DNA of 64,000 nucleotides from an uncultured Ignavibacteria bacterium (lineage in GTDB: Bacteria > Bacteroidota > Ignavibacteria > Ignavibacteriales > Melioribacteraceae), in assembly GCA_963751695.1 (NCBI GenBank), contig CAVVVP010000001.1:58470-122469 (forward strand). The letters are read 5' to 3'. Position 1 is the stretch's first letter. Every line of letters starts with the position of its first letter. Shown here piece after piece: positions 1-8,968 of this stretch. The notes beneath the pieces were generated by a model. The model did no database searches. It was given only the letters and a program-made list of their open reading frames with translations, and had not been told where the DNA came from. Position numbers and translations under genes: made by a program.

Positions 1-483
1 ATTAAAATAATATTCTCTATCAACTTCATAACCTATCCACTCAAGTAGGTTAGAGACTGTGTCTCCAATTACAGCATTTCTACCATGGCCTACCGTTAAA
101 GGCCCAGTTGGATTGGCTGAGACAAATTCAACATTTGCTTTTTTACCATTATATTTTTGTGATTTCCCAAAGTTTTCATTTTCTTCATTTATCTTGCCGA
201 TAATTCTAGAAACGTACTCAACAGTAAAGTGGAAGTTTATAAATCCTGGTCCAGCAATTTCAACCTTGGCAATAATTGTATTGTCAATTATCAGATTCTC
301 AATGATTTCAGATGCAATTTCTCTTGGATTCTTTTTTAGTTGCTTTGTGAGCAACATAGCTACATTTGTCGACTGGTCACCATGATCTGATTGATTAGGA
401 ACAGAGAATGCGATATCTACATCATTCAGATATCTTAACTTTTGCTTTGCCTCGTTAAAAATGTTATTTAAATATTCTTTCAA
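1..483 (-). CDS. argS: arginyl-tRNA synthetase, N-terminal part (gene runs off the left edge of the window)
   Basis: Absent from the ORF track because it is open at the window edge. My reverse-strand translation from TTG at 483..481 reads MKEYLNNIFNEAKQKL...KKANVEFVSANPTGPLTVGHGRNAVIGDTVSNLLEWIGYEVDREYYFN. This contains the class-I HIGH-type region (SANPTGPL.VGH) and REYY.N typical of bacterial ArgS. The + ORF 59..385 is its antisense shadow. Confidence 0.8.
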   Translation of the reverse strand, partial: MKEYLNNIFNEAKQKLRYLNDVDIAFSVPNQSDHGDQSTNVAMLLTKQLKKNPREIASEIIENLIIDNTIIAKVEIAGPGFINFHFTVEYVSRIIGKINEENENFGKSQKYNGKKANVEFVSANPTGPLTVGHGRNAVIGDTVSNLLEWIGYEVDREYYFN

Positions 484-485
484 TC

Positions 486-860
486 TTACTCCATTTCGGA
501 ATTGTTCAACCCTGGATTATCATTAATTAGTTCAAATGGTGCATCACCCCATAGTTTTTCAAGATTGTAAAATTCGCGTGCTTCTTTCTTGAATACATGC
601 ACTACAACATCGAAATAGTCTAAAAGTATCCAATTTGCAGCTTGGTATCCCTCTTTGAAATAACACTTGATTCCGTGCTTTCTCAATTTATTATCAATTT
701 CATCTGCGATTGCTTTTACCTGAATATTGGAATCAGCAGAAGCAATAACGAAAAAATCTGCAATTGGGGTAAGCTTTCTAAGATCTAGAACTTTAACATC
801 ATAACCTTTTTTCGAAAGTACTAATTGTACAATTCGATCAGCAAAATCTTTTGTATCCAA
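486..860 (-). CDS. rsfS: ribosomal silencing factor RsfS (iojap family)
   Basis: 124-aa ORF with FFVIASADSNIQVKAIADEI...WILLDYFDVVVHVF..REFYNLEKLWGDAP, the RsfS/iojap pattern. TTG start, 2 nt upstream of argS. Confidence 0.9.
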   Translation of the reverse strand: MDTKDFADRIVQLVLSKKGYDVKVLDLRKLTPIADFFVIASADSNIQVKAIADEIDNKLRKHGIKCYFKEGYQAANWILLDYFDVVVHVFKKEAREFYNLEKLWGDAPFELINDNPGLNNSEME

Positions 861-863
861 AGT

Positions 864-1400
864 TCATTCCTTTACTATTGGTGTTTGCTCAAAATAATCT
901 CTGCCTATAACAATTGTAACATCCACGAAATAATCATCATTAAGTTGAGTGATCACATTTCCTTTTTTCACTCCAAGTATTTCTGCTACTTGTTCAGCAT
1001 TTGATTTGTTACCTATCCTATCTATAATAAGTGTCTCATCAATATCAAATTGTATATAATTTCCAATTTTTACAATATCAATATTATGATCGCGGAGATA
1101 ATCCGTAAATCTATCAGCAACTCCGTTTACACCACAACCGTTCATTACTTCGGCCTGAATAATATCAGAAGGTGTCTCTTTTTTTATTGTTGATAAATCA
1201 ACTAAAGGATCTTGGGTCAATTTAATGAAGATTGAATACGAAAGATATATTATCACCGTTATTAAAAGAAAAATTAAGATATTTAAAGAGAAATTAATTG
1301 TAGAAGATTTAATATCAGTGGCGTTTGCTGATGATTTTGCTTTTTTTCTTTGTGCTGTCAATTTTTCTGATCTAGATAAAGAGTTTAAAACTACATGCAA
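864..1400 (-). CDS. membrane-anchored LytR_C domain protein
   Basis: One N-terminal TM helix (ILIFLLITVIIYLSYSIFI), then GCGVNGVADRFTDYLRDHNIDIVKIGNY...VTIVIGRDY, which resembles the LytR/CpsA/Psr C-terminal (LytR_C) domain. Confidence 0.6.
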   Translation of the reverse strand: MHVVLNSLSRSEKLTAQRKKAKSSANATDIKSSTINFSLNILIFLLITVIIYLSYSIFIKLTQDPLVDLSTIKKETPSDIIQAEVMNGCGVNGVADRFTDYLRDHNIDIVKIGNYIQFDIDETLIIDRIGNKSNAEQVAEILGVKKGNVITQLNDDYFVDVTIVIGRDYFEQTPIVKE

Positions 1401-1418
1401 AAATATGAAATTTTGAAA

Positions 1419-1922
1419 TTAAAACCCTCTTCTAAATCTATTGCTCATCAAAGAATAGCCTCCCATAAAACCTCCATAATAATAACTACCTGGAGGTGGT
1501 TGTATAAATTGAATACTTAAAATTGTATTTTTAGTGGGTGCATAGCTTAGTTGAGCTCTTGATAGATAGATTCCATTAATTGACTTTTGATGCTCGCTTC
1601 CGAATGAACTATAGGGTGATGCAACTAAAGAAGCATCAACTTCGACCATAAGGTTTTCGGAAAATCTGTATGCCATACTATTTGTATATGTACTTAGAGC
1701 TACACTATTTCCAGCAAATGTAGAATAGGACATACCAATTGTATGTGACATTTGAAATTTATTAGGATCTAGAAATTCAGTAAAAAAACTGGATTGGGCT
1801 GAGTTTGTAATTCCATCTTCAATCGAGATTGAATTACCTTCTCCCTTAAACTGAGCGACTGTAGTCGTGGCAAGAATAAAAAGCACTATTATTACTTTCT
1901 TAATCATATTTTCAATATACAA
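1419..1922 (-). CDS. hypothetical secreted protein, possibly a small outer-membrane beta-barrel
   Basis: Signal peptide (VIIVLFILATTTVAQ), alternating aromatic/polar stretches and a C-terminal Phe (..RFRRGF). No family recognised. Confidence 0.4.
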   Translation of the reverse strand: MYIENMIKKVIIVLFILATTTVAQFKGEGNSISIEDGITNSAQSSFFTEFLDPNKFQMSHTIGMSYSTFAGNSVALSTYTNSMAYRFSENLMVEVDASLVASPYSSFGSEHQKSINGIYLSRAQLSYAPTKNTILSIQFIQPPPGSYYYGGFMGGYSLMSNRFRRGF

Positions 1923-1947
1923 AATATTTTAATTTCTTTGTAATTGA

Positions 1948-2406
1948 TCAGTCTTTCACTTTCGCGATCATTTCAATTTCTATAGGAGAATTGATAGGTA
2001 GCTCATTTACTCCAACAGCACTTCTTACATGCTTGCCTAATTCACCAAATATTTTTACAACAAATTCAGATGCACCATTTGCGATTTTTGGTTGAGCTGT
2101 AAAACCATTTGCGCTATTAACAAAAACAGCCAGTTTTACAATTCTTTCAATTTTATCTAAATCTCCAATCTCAGATTTTATAACACTCAAGCAATTTAGT
2201 GCACATATTTCTGCTAGTTTTATTCCTTCTTCTTCTGAAATTTCTTGTCCTAATTTGCCTTCTTTAAATAACTTGCCATCTACCATTGGTAATTGGCCTG
2301 CGGTTAAAACTAAGTTATTTATTCTAATTACCGGAATGTATGCAGCTAGTGGTTTTGGAACTTCAGGAACAATATATCCAAGTTCATTAATTCTTTCTTC
2401 TATCAT
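1948..2406 (-). CDS. RidA/YjgF/TdcF family protein (reactive intermediate deaminase-like)
   Basis: 152 aa with PKPLAAYIPVIRINNLVLTAGQLP...RSAVGVNELPINSPIEIEMIAKV, typical of the YjgF/RidA fold family. Confidence 0.8.
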   Translation of the reverse strand: MIEERINELGYIVPEVPKPLAAYIPVIRINNLVLTAGQLPMVDGKLFKEGKLGQEISEEEGIKLAEICALNCLSVIKSEIGDLDKIERIVKLAVFVNSANGFTAQPKIANGASEFVVKIFGELGKHVRSAVGVNELPINSPIEIEMIAKVKD

Positions 2407-2527
2407 TTTTCCTCTCTCGTAATTTTCTTTCTAATCTTTGAAAAACTAAAATAAATAAAAAAGATTTTTGTTTGGAAGCATTTCACAAAAAAAGTAAGTT
2501 AACATTCAAAATTAGGGAGAGAAAGAT

Positions 2528-3292
2528 TTGACCGGAGAAAAATTTCAAGAGTTATTAGATATTATGAGGCGCCTGAGGAAAGAGTGCACATGGGATAAAG
2601 AACAAACACACGACTCTATCAAAGCAAATACATTGGAAGAAGCATACGAGGTTGTTGAAGCAATTGATGATAAACAATATTCAGAGCTCAAAAATGAATT
2701 AGGCGACCTTTTACTTCATATTGTTTTTCATTCAGTGATTGCGGAAGATGCAAATAGTTTTCAAGTTGATGATGTCATTGACTCAATTCGAGAAAAACTG
2801 ATACGAAGACACCCCCACGTTTTTGGTGATGTAGAAGTTAACAATAATGATGACATTACGAGAAATTGGGAAACCATTAAGCTTTCTGAGAAGGGAAGAA
2901 CATCAGTACTCGATGGAATTCCGAAACGCTTACCAGAACTTCATAAAGCATTTAGACTTCAAGAGAAAGCTGCAAAAGTTGGATTTGATTGGGAGAAAAA
3001 AGAAGAGGTTTGGTCGAAAGTTGAAGAGGAGATTTCTGAAATGCAGCAAGCTGAGGTAAGAGAGGATCTTGATAAACTGGAAGAAGAAATGGGGGATCTA
3101 TTTTTCTCTTTGGTAAACTATTCTCGCTTTATTGGAATAAATCCAACAAATGCTTTGCGGAAAACAAATGAGAAATTTGTAAAACGATTCCAATATATTG
3201 AAAAGAGTTGTGAACGAGAGGGCAAAAAAATCTATGATGCAACATTACCAGAGATGGATGTATTTTGGGAAGAGAGTAAAAGTAAAACTTAG
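2528..3292 (+). CDS. mazG: nucleoside triphosphate pyrophosphohydrolase MazG
   Basis: 254 aa. Tandem MazG repeats: LRKECTWDKEQTHDSIKANTLEEAYEVVEAID...ELGDLLLHIVFH, and a second EEMGDLFFSLVNYSRFIGINP. Confidence 0.85.
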   Translation: MTGEKFQELLDIMRRLRKECTWDKEQTHDSIKANTLEEAYEVVEAIDDKQYSELKNELGDLLLHIVFHSVIAEDANSFQVDDVIDSIREKLIRRHPHVFGDVEVNNNDDITRNWETIKLSEKGRTSVLDGIPKRLPELHKAFRLQEKAAKVGFDWEKKEEVWSKVEEEISEMQQAEVREDLDKLEEEMGDLFFSLVNYSRFIGINPTNALRKTNEKFVKRFQYIEKSCEREGKKIYDATLPEMDVFWEESKSKT

Positions 3293-4287
3293 CTATTACC
3301 GTTTTCTTTATTGAATTTGTCGTAAGCGTCGATAATATCTTTGACTAATTTATGCCGAACAACATCATCACGATTGAAGTAAATAAAATCTACTCCATCA
3401 ACTTTACCAAGAATTTTTTGAACTTGAATTAGACCACTCTGATTTTTTGCTGGTAAATCAACTTGAGTGATGTCACCCGTAATAATTGCTTTAGAATTTG
3501 GTCCTAATCTTGTAAGAAACATCTTCATCTGCAACGCAGTTGAATTTTGTGCTTCATCTAATATAACATAAGCATTATTTAAAGTTCTACCACGCATGAA
3601 AGCTAATGGGACTATTTCGACAATTCCATTTTCCAAGTAATTCTTCATTTGTTCTGAGGGAAGCATATCTTGGAGAGCATCGAATAATGGACGTAAATAT
3701 GGGTCAATCTTTTCCTTAAAATCTCCAGGTAGAAAACCTAAACTTTCACCCGCCTCAACTGCTGGGCGAGCGAGTACAATTCTTTGAACCAAACCTTTCT
3801 TTAATGCTGAAACAGCAAAAGCTACCGCTAAATATGTTTTCCCAGTTCCAGCAGGACCTATTGCAAAGCAGATATCATTTTTCTTAATACTCTCAAAATA
3901 CTTTACTTGGGTTGGGGTTTTCGCTCTAATTACATCTTTTCTTGAATAAAGTATAATGTTCTCATATTCCTCTTCATCAATCACTTCTTTTCCAGATGTA
4001 GTTAAATCTATAATGGTGACAACATCTGAAGGATCAAGCCGGTCAGTTGTATTTAATACATAGACCATTTCTTTAAAAACTTTTTCTATGATAGCAATTT
4101 CGTTACTATCTCCTTTCAAGTATATGTTTTCGCCTCGCACAGTAACCTTTGAGTTGAATCTTTCCTCTAAAGGACTAAGATTACTATCATTATATCCAAG
4201 CAAGGATTGAATGTCTGCGTCTGTGATTTTTAGAATTTTTTCGAGTTGCGTAATAAACCTCCTAATTAATAAAAAAGGTTGTCTCAT
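3289..4287 (-). CDS. phoH: PhoH-like ATPase (PhoH/YbeZ family)
   Basis: Walker A GPAGTGKTYLAVAFAV, Walker B YVILDEAQN and ITGDITQVDLP, the standard PhoH motifs. The exact start is uncertain (see finding at 4252-4304). Confidence 0.9.
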   Translation of the reverse strand: MRQPFLLIRRFITQLEKILKITDADIQSLLGYNDSNLSPLEERFNSKVTVRGENIYLKGDSNEIAIIEKVFKEMVYVLNTTDRLDPSDVVTIIDLTTSGKEVIDEEEYENIILYSRKDVIRAKTPTQVKYFESIKKNDICFAIGPAGTGKTYLAVAFAVSALKKGLVQRIVLARPAVEAGESLGFLPGDFKEKIDPYLRPLFDALQDMLPSEQMKNYLENGIVEIVPLAFMRGRTLNNAYVILDEAQNSTALQMKMFLTRLGPNSKAIITGDITQVDLPAKNQSGLIQVQKILGKVDGVDFIYFNRDDVVRHKLVKDIIDAYDKFNKENGNS

Positions 4288-4304
4288 TTAAAATGAGACA
4301 ACCT
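4276..4304 (-). terminator. rho-independent terminator-like hairpin after the LysM gene, overlapping the annotated phoH ATG
   Basis: Perfect 12-bp inverted repeat AGGTTGTCTCAT / ATGAGACAACCT with a 5-nt loop, followed on the minus-sense RNA by UUUUU. Confidence 0.6.
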
Positions 4305-4349
4305 AAATGAAGTAAAAACTTCAATGACTAACCAATGAAATTGCTAAAA

Positions 4350-5042
4350 CTATTGCGCTGGTGGAGCTGGTTTGTAATTAGCTCTTGCTTTTTCGTATTT
4401 AGCTTTTTCATCATCGGAAAGTACTGGAATTTTAAATACTTGTTTTGGATAAATCAAGTCAGGATCTTTAATCTGATCTCTATTAGCTTTATAGATTACT
4501 GGCCATGCAAAACCATTGCCATAGAATTCATCTTTCTTAGCTATTTTCCAAAGGTAATCACCTTTAACTACAGTGTAATCAATTTCTTTTGGAGCTTCTT
4601 GCCATGCATCCAACATACCTTGTAATTGTTTGGTAACTTTATCGTTAAATTCTGGAAGAGCACTGATCTTATTTGCTTTCAAATTATCGAGAGCAACTTG
4701 ACGATCATCTTTAGGAGATTCTTTTCTTTGAATTTGTCCTTCAAGTTTTGCTACTTCTTTTCTAAATCTTGCAACATCAGCTTCTGTTGCACCAACTAAC
4801 GCATATTTTTCGTTAATGCAATCTTCTACTGCTTGCATTGAAGCTTGTTTTTTCTTCAACTCTTCAGTTGAACTTTTTAATTCGTTAAGCTCTTTTGTCA
4901 ACTCAACTCTTTGTTCAGTGAGTCTATTCATTTCAGCTTGAAATTCTTCTTCAGTCATTTCTTCTTCTTCCTGAGCAACTATGCTAACAGAGAAGAAAAG
5001 CAACAAACTCAAGATAGTTACTAGTAACTTATAACTTTTCAT
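4350..5042 (-). CDS. secreted coiled-coil protein with C-terminal LysM peptidoglycan-binding domain
   Basis: Signal peptide and a long heptad-like E/K/L-rich region. C-terminal YTVVKGDYLWKIAKKDEFYGNGFAWPVIYKANRDQIKDPDLIYPKQVFKIP is a LysM motif. Confidence 0.75.
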   Translation of the reverse strand: MKSYKLLVTILSLLLFFSVSIVAQEEEEMTEEEFQAEMNRLTEQRVELTKELNELKSSTEELKKKQASMQAVEDCINEKYALVGATEADVARFRKEVAKLEGQIQRKESPKDDRQVALDNLKANKISALPEFNDKVTKQLQGMLDAWQEAPKEIDYTVVKGDYLWKIAKKDEFYGNGFAWPVIYKANRDQIKDPDLIYPKQVFKIPVLSDDEKAKYEKARANYKPAPPAQ

Positions 5043-5060
5043 TTATTCCTCCGTGTTTAA

Positions 5061-5333
5061 TTAAAATCTGTTAGCTAAATTTGCTTCGGTTTCTGCTTTT
5101 TCTTTTGCACATTGCTCTAGCTTTGCGTTTTGCTCAGCGATTTCTCTTTCAAGTTTAGTTTTTTCACTTTTAAGTGAGTTAACTTCTTTTTCTAGAGACT
5201 TCACTTCATCACGCAAGGCATTAAGGTTTGCCATGTCTTCTTCACTGACACCACCACAGCCGACAAAGCCTACCATACCGGTAAACAATAAGACTGTAAC
5301 AGCAGTAGTCAATGCTTTTTTTGCTTTAAGCAT
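5061..5333 (-). CDS. small coiled-coil lipoprotein (Lpp-like architecture)
   Basis: The ORF track starts at 5390, but MLKAKKALTTAVTVLLFTGMVGFVGC (start 5333) gives a lipoprotein signal with an FVGC lipobox, followed by about 65 aa of heptad coiled coil. Confidence 0.5.
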   Translation of the reverse strand: MLKAKKALTTAVTVLLFTGMVGFVGCGGVSEEDMANLNALRDEVKSLEKEVNSLKSEKTKLEREIAEQNAKLEQCAKEKAETEANLANRF

Positions 5334-5428
5334 CGGATTCCTCCTACGATTGTGAATATAAGTTGTTAATTGATTTTTGATGTATGCCATAAGTTAAAAA
5401 AAAAAATCCAACTATAATACTAAAATAT

Positions 5429-6109
5429 TTAAATTATTTTTCTATCGATAAAACTCATATAACTATTACCTGCAACAATTATATGATCGAACACAGTAAT
5501 ATCTAAAATTTTACCTGATTCCACAAGTCTCTTTGTTACCTTAATATCTTCGTTGCTCGGCTCAATATTTCCACTAGGATGGTTATGCATTAAAATTATG
5601 TTCGCAGAATTATTCTCTATTGCCACCTTGAATACTTCTCTAGCATGAACGATACTACTATTCAAGCTTCCAACGGATATTACTTCATATCGGATTATTT
5701 TATTTGCAGAATTTAAGCATATTACGATGAACTTTTCCTTTACTTCGTCCCGAAATAGTGGGATAAATATTTTTGCGACATCTGCTGGTGTTGTGATCTT
5801 TTTATTTGAGAACCATTTGCTTTGAGATTCAATTCTTCTTACAATCTCAAATGCCGCAGCCAAAGTTGCCGCTTTGTCATTTCCGACACCATTTACTTTT
5901 GTCAACGATTCTATTGATTGAAGTGCAAGAGCAGAAAGATTACCATACTTTTTAATGATTGATTGTGCAACTTCAATGACTGAAATTCCCTTAGTTCCTG
6001 TGCGAAGCAATATTGCTAATAATTCTGCGTCAGTGAGACTCTGAGCTCCACGGAGAAGTAATTTTTCACGAGGTCTATCGTCAATTGGAATGTCTTTTAC
6101 TTTTATAAT
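5429..6109 (-). CDS. radC: RadC-family JAB/MPN domain protein
   Basis: HNHPSGNIEPSNEDIKVTKRL JAB motif. The conserved N-terminal HhH part (DDRPREKLLLRGAQSLTDAELLAILLRTG) lies upstream of the first canonical start at 6010, so the gene probably starts near 6109/6106 (see finding). Confidence 0.8.
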   Translation of the reverse strand: MIKVKDIPIDDRPREKLLLRGAQSLTDAELLAILLRTGTKGISVIEVAQSIIKKYGNLSALALQSIESLTKVNGVGNDKAATLAAAFEIVRRIESQSKWFSNKKITTPADVAKIFIPLFRDEVKEKFIVICLNSANKIIRYEVISVGSLNSSIVHAREVFKVAIENNSANIILMHNHPSGNIEPSNEDIKVTKRLVESGKILDITVFDHIIVAGNSYMSFIDRKII

Positions 6110-6128
6110 ACCCTCCTAAAATGGATTT

Positions 6129-7004
6129 TTAACAGAGCTTCAAACCTTCAATTGCTTTACTGTTATGGGGATTAATTTTCAAGGCTTCTTCAAAATAAGA
6201 TCTTGCATAATTAATTCTTTCGCTCTTCAGATAGGAATGGCCAAGCATAGCAAGTAGTTCAGCAGAACTAGAGGAATTATCAATTGTTTCTTTTAAGTTT
6301 GATTCTGCTTTTTTCAGTTCTCCTAACTTTAAAAGAATTCTAATCTGAATGTGTCTCCATTCTATTACTGACGGATCATGTTTAATTGCTTTTCTTATCG
6401 ATTCGCTAGCATGGTAATACATCTCTTTTTTATAGTATATTTCTGACTCTACTTTATATCCCTCAGCAAAGTTTGCTTGTAATTCGATACAATGTTTTGC
6501 CATTAAGAGTGCTTCATCATACTCTGAATAGATTAAATGAGTTTTAGCAAGATACAAATAAATGCTGGGAATAAACTCAGATTCACTATAGTGTTTTATA
6601 TAATTTTGGAAGTGAAGATGAGCAATTTCATACTGATTTGTATGGAAATATAATATTCCTCGTATATATTCCATGTTCTCATCAATAACATCGTCAAATT
6701 TACTAACGAATTTAAGAGCTTCTTTAAACATCAGTTTTCTTATGAGATAAAAACTAACAAGACGAATTACTTCTGTGTCATCTTTATGCTGATCGAGATA
6801 GTTATTGAATAATTTGATTGCTGAAGAACCCTTCCCAAGTACATCGTAGATATCTGCCAATTTTATAGTTGCAGTGCGTTCTGCTTCTTCAACATCCAAA
6901 AGTTGTTTATAAAGTTGAATAGCGGCAAGATAATTCTGCTCACTGACAAATGTTGCGGCTTTTTTAAGTTTTGATTCGATCTGAAGTAGCTTTGTCATTC
7001 CCAC
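6129..7004 (-). CDS. tetratricopeptide repeat (TPR) protein
   Basis: 291 aa of repeated 34-residue A/Y/L-patterned helices (e.g. [19 protein letters not shown]). Overlaps the guaA stop by 10 nt. Confidence 0.7.
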   Translation of the reverse strand: MGMTKLLQIESKLKKAATFVSEQNYLAAIQLYKQLLDVEEAERTATIKLADIYDVLGKGSSAIKLFNNYLDQHKDDTEVIRLVSFYLIRKLMFKEALKFVSKFDDVIDENMEYIRGILYFHTNQYEIAHLHFQNYIKHYSESEFIPSIYLYLAKTHLIYSEYDEALLMAKHCIELQANFAEGYKVESEIYYKKEMYYHASESIRKAIKHDPSVIEWRHIQIRILLKLGELKKAESNLKETIDNSSSSAELLAMLGHSYLKSERINYARSYFEEALKINPHNSKAIEGLKLC

Positions 7005-8536
7005 TCGATAGTTGAAGGAGGTTTAGAACTGATATCATAAACTACTCTATTGATACCAGGAACGTTCCTAATTATTTTATTTGAAGCAGATTCAAGTACT
7101 TCTGGATTGAAAGGATACCAATCTGCAGTCATTCCATCAACAGAGGTAACAGCTCTTAATGCAAGAACATTTTCGTATGTTCGTGCATCTCCCATTACTC
7201 CAACCGACTGAACGGGAAGAAGCACAGCAAATGCCTGCCATATTTCATTATAAATATTGAAGTTATGAAGTTCATCAATAAATATTTGATCGGCTTCTCG
7301 AAGTATTTCCAGCTTTTCAGTAGTAATTTCGCCAAGAATTCTAACAGCTAGTCCAGGTCCTGGGAACGGATGTCTTTCGATAAATTCTTTTGGTAGTCCT
7401 AATACTTGTCCCATTGCTCGTACTTCATCTTTAAATAATTCTCTAAAAGGTTCAATCAGTTTCATGTTCATTTTCTCTGGAAGTCCACCAACATTATGAT
7501 GTGTTTTAATTGTAGCTGATTGCCCTTTTACTGGGACAGATTCTATGACATCTGGATACAGTGTACCTTGGACAAGAAATTCGACATCACCAAGTTTTTT
7601 ACTCTCTTCCTCAAAAACTTCTATAAATGTGTTACCGATAATTTTTCTTTTCTTCTCCGGATCAGTGACTCCAACCAATTTAGAAAGAAATTGTTCAGTT
7701 GCATCTACATGAATTAAATGTAATTGATAGCTTTCTTCAAACATCTGAATAATATTACTGCTTTCATTTTTTCGCATCATTCCAGAGTCGATATGAATGC
7801 ACGTCAAGTTATCGCCAATTGCTTCATTCAACAGTATTGCGGCTACAGATGAATCAACACCACCGCTGAGTGCACATATTACTTTAGAATCACCAACTTT
7901 GTTTCTTATTTCTTCAATTGATGATTTTATAAAATTCGACGAAGTCCAATTTCCTTTGCACCCACAAATCTTAAAGAGAAAATTATCTAATATATTTTTT
8001 CCATATTCCGTATGAACAACTTCTGGATGAAATTGTAATCCAAAAATTTTCTTTTCTTTATTAGAGACTACACAGATCGGGGTGTTATCTGTGGAGGCAT
8101 CGATACTGAATCCTTCTGGAAATTTAGTGATTAAATCACCATGACTCATCCAAACGACTGATTCGTTTTTAACTCCAGAAAGTAATTGTGATTCGCTTTC
8201 AATAATTATATTTGCTTTTCCATACTCCCTATCGCTTGCAGGTTCAACTTTACCTCCAAACTTGTGAGATATAAGTTGAAGTCCATAACAAATTCCTAAA
8301 ATTGGAACACCTAGTTCAAAAATTTCAGAATCTATTTCAGGTGCTTCATCATCATAAACGCTCATAGGTCCACCGGATAAAATGATTCCAGCTGGATTCA
8401 GATTTTTTATTTCATCAATGGAAAATGTATGGGAGTGAATTTCAGAATAAACACTTGCTTCTCTAATGCGACGTGCAATTAACTGGGTGTACTGCGATCC
8501 AAAATCAAGAATTACTATAAGTTCCGTGTGGTTCAT
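6995..8536 (-). CDS. guaA: GMP synthase (glutamine-hydrolysing)
   Basis: 513 aa. GATase [12 protein letters not shown]-loop [10 protein letters not shown] and C-terminal KPPSTIEWE. Confidence 0.95.
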   Translation of the reverse strand: MNHTELIVILDFGSQYTQLIARRIREASVYSEIHSHTFSIDEIKNLNPAGIILSGGPMSVYDDEAPEIDSEIFELGVPILGICYGLQLISHKFGGKVEPASDREYGKANIIIESESQLLSGVKNESVVWMSHGDLITKFPEGFSIDASTDNTPICVVSNKEKKIFGLQFHPEVVHTEYGKNILDNFLFKICGCKGNWTSSNFIKSSIEEIRNKVGDSKVICALSGGVDSSVAAILLNEAIGDNLTCIHIDSGMMRKNESSNIIQMFEESYQLHLIHVDATEQFLSKLVGVTDPEKKRKIIGNTFIEVFEEESKKLGDVEFLVQGTLYPDVIESVPVKGQSATIKTHHNVGGLPEKMNMKLIEPFRELFKDEVRAMGQVLGLPKEFIERHPFPGPGLAVRILGEITTEKLEILREADQIFIDELHNFNIYNEIWQAFAVLLPVQSVGVMGDARTYENVLALRAVTSVDGMTADWYPFNPEVLESASNKIIRNVPGINRVVYDISSKPPSTIEWE

Positions 8537-8561
8537 AAAGTAATAAAAATTTTAGTTGGAG

Positions 8562-8598
8562 AAAAAAAGCAGATCAATTATCCACCAATCTGCTTTTT
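8562..8598 (-). terminator. terminator-like hairpin at the gcvH 3' end
   Basis: AAAAAAAGCAGAT...ATCTGCTTTTT: GCAGAT/ATCTGC arms extended by A/T runs. The loop contains the gcvH stop codon. Confidence 0.45.
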
Positions 8599-8957
8599 AT
8601 ATTCTTCAGTGTCTAGAAGCTCATCCAATTGAGAAGTATCTCCAATTTCAACTTTAATAAGCCATCCTTCACCATAAGGATCAGAATTGACCAATTCTGG
8701 TTCATCCTCTAACCGCTCATTAATTTCAATAACTTTTCCGAAACTGGTGCATAGAGATCACTCACTGTTTTCACAGCTTCAATCGATCCAAATGTTTCGT
8801 TGGCTGTAACTTCAATAAGATCTGATTCAATATCAATATAAACGATATCCCCTAGTTCACTTTGGGCATAATCACTGATACCGATAATAGCATGATCTCC
8901 ATCAACCTTTATCCATTCATGATCAGCAGAAAATTTTAATCCCGAAGGAATGTTCAT
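8578..8957 (-). pseudogene. gcvH: glycine cleavage system H protein, interrupted by a single-base frameshift
   Basis: ORF 8709..8957 reads ...SIEAVKTVSDLYAPVSEKLLKLMSG*. The next frame continues with GKVIEINERLEDEPELVNSDPYGEGWLIKVEIGDTSQLDELLDTEEYKKQIGG*. The two halves join as PVSGKVIEIN if one G is added to the GG at about 8738-8739. Confidence 0.85.
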
Positions 8958-8968
8958 TAGTACCTCAC

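Noticed and set aside
59-385. 108-aa + strand ORF at the left edge of the window
   Set aside because: It lies exactly antisense to the well-conserved ArgS N-terminus (HIGH-region motif on the minus strand) and has low-complexity, family-less sequence. It is a shadow ORF.
1489-1499. 9-nt match (TGGAGGTGG) to the tmRNA 3'-terminal sequence, considered as a possible att remnant
   Set aside because: It is too short to be meaningful, lies inside a coding region 56 kb away, and the flanks do not extend the match.
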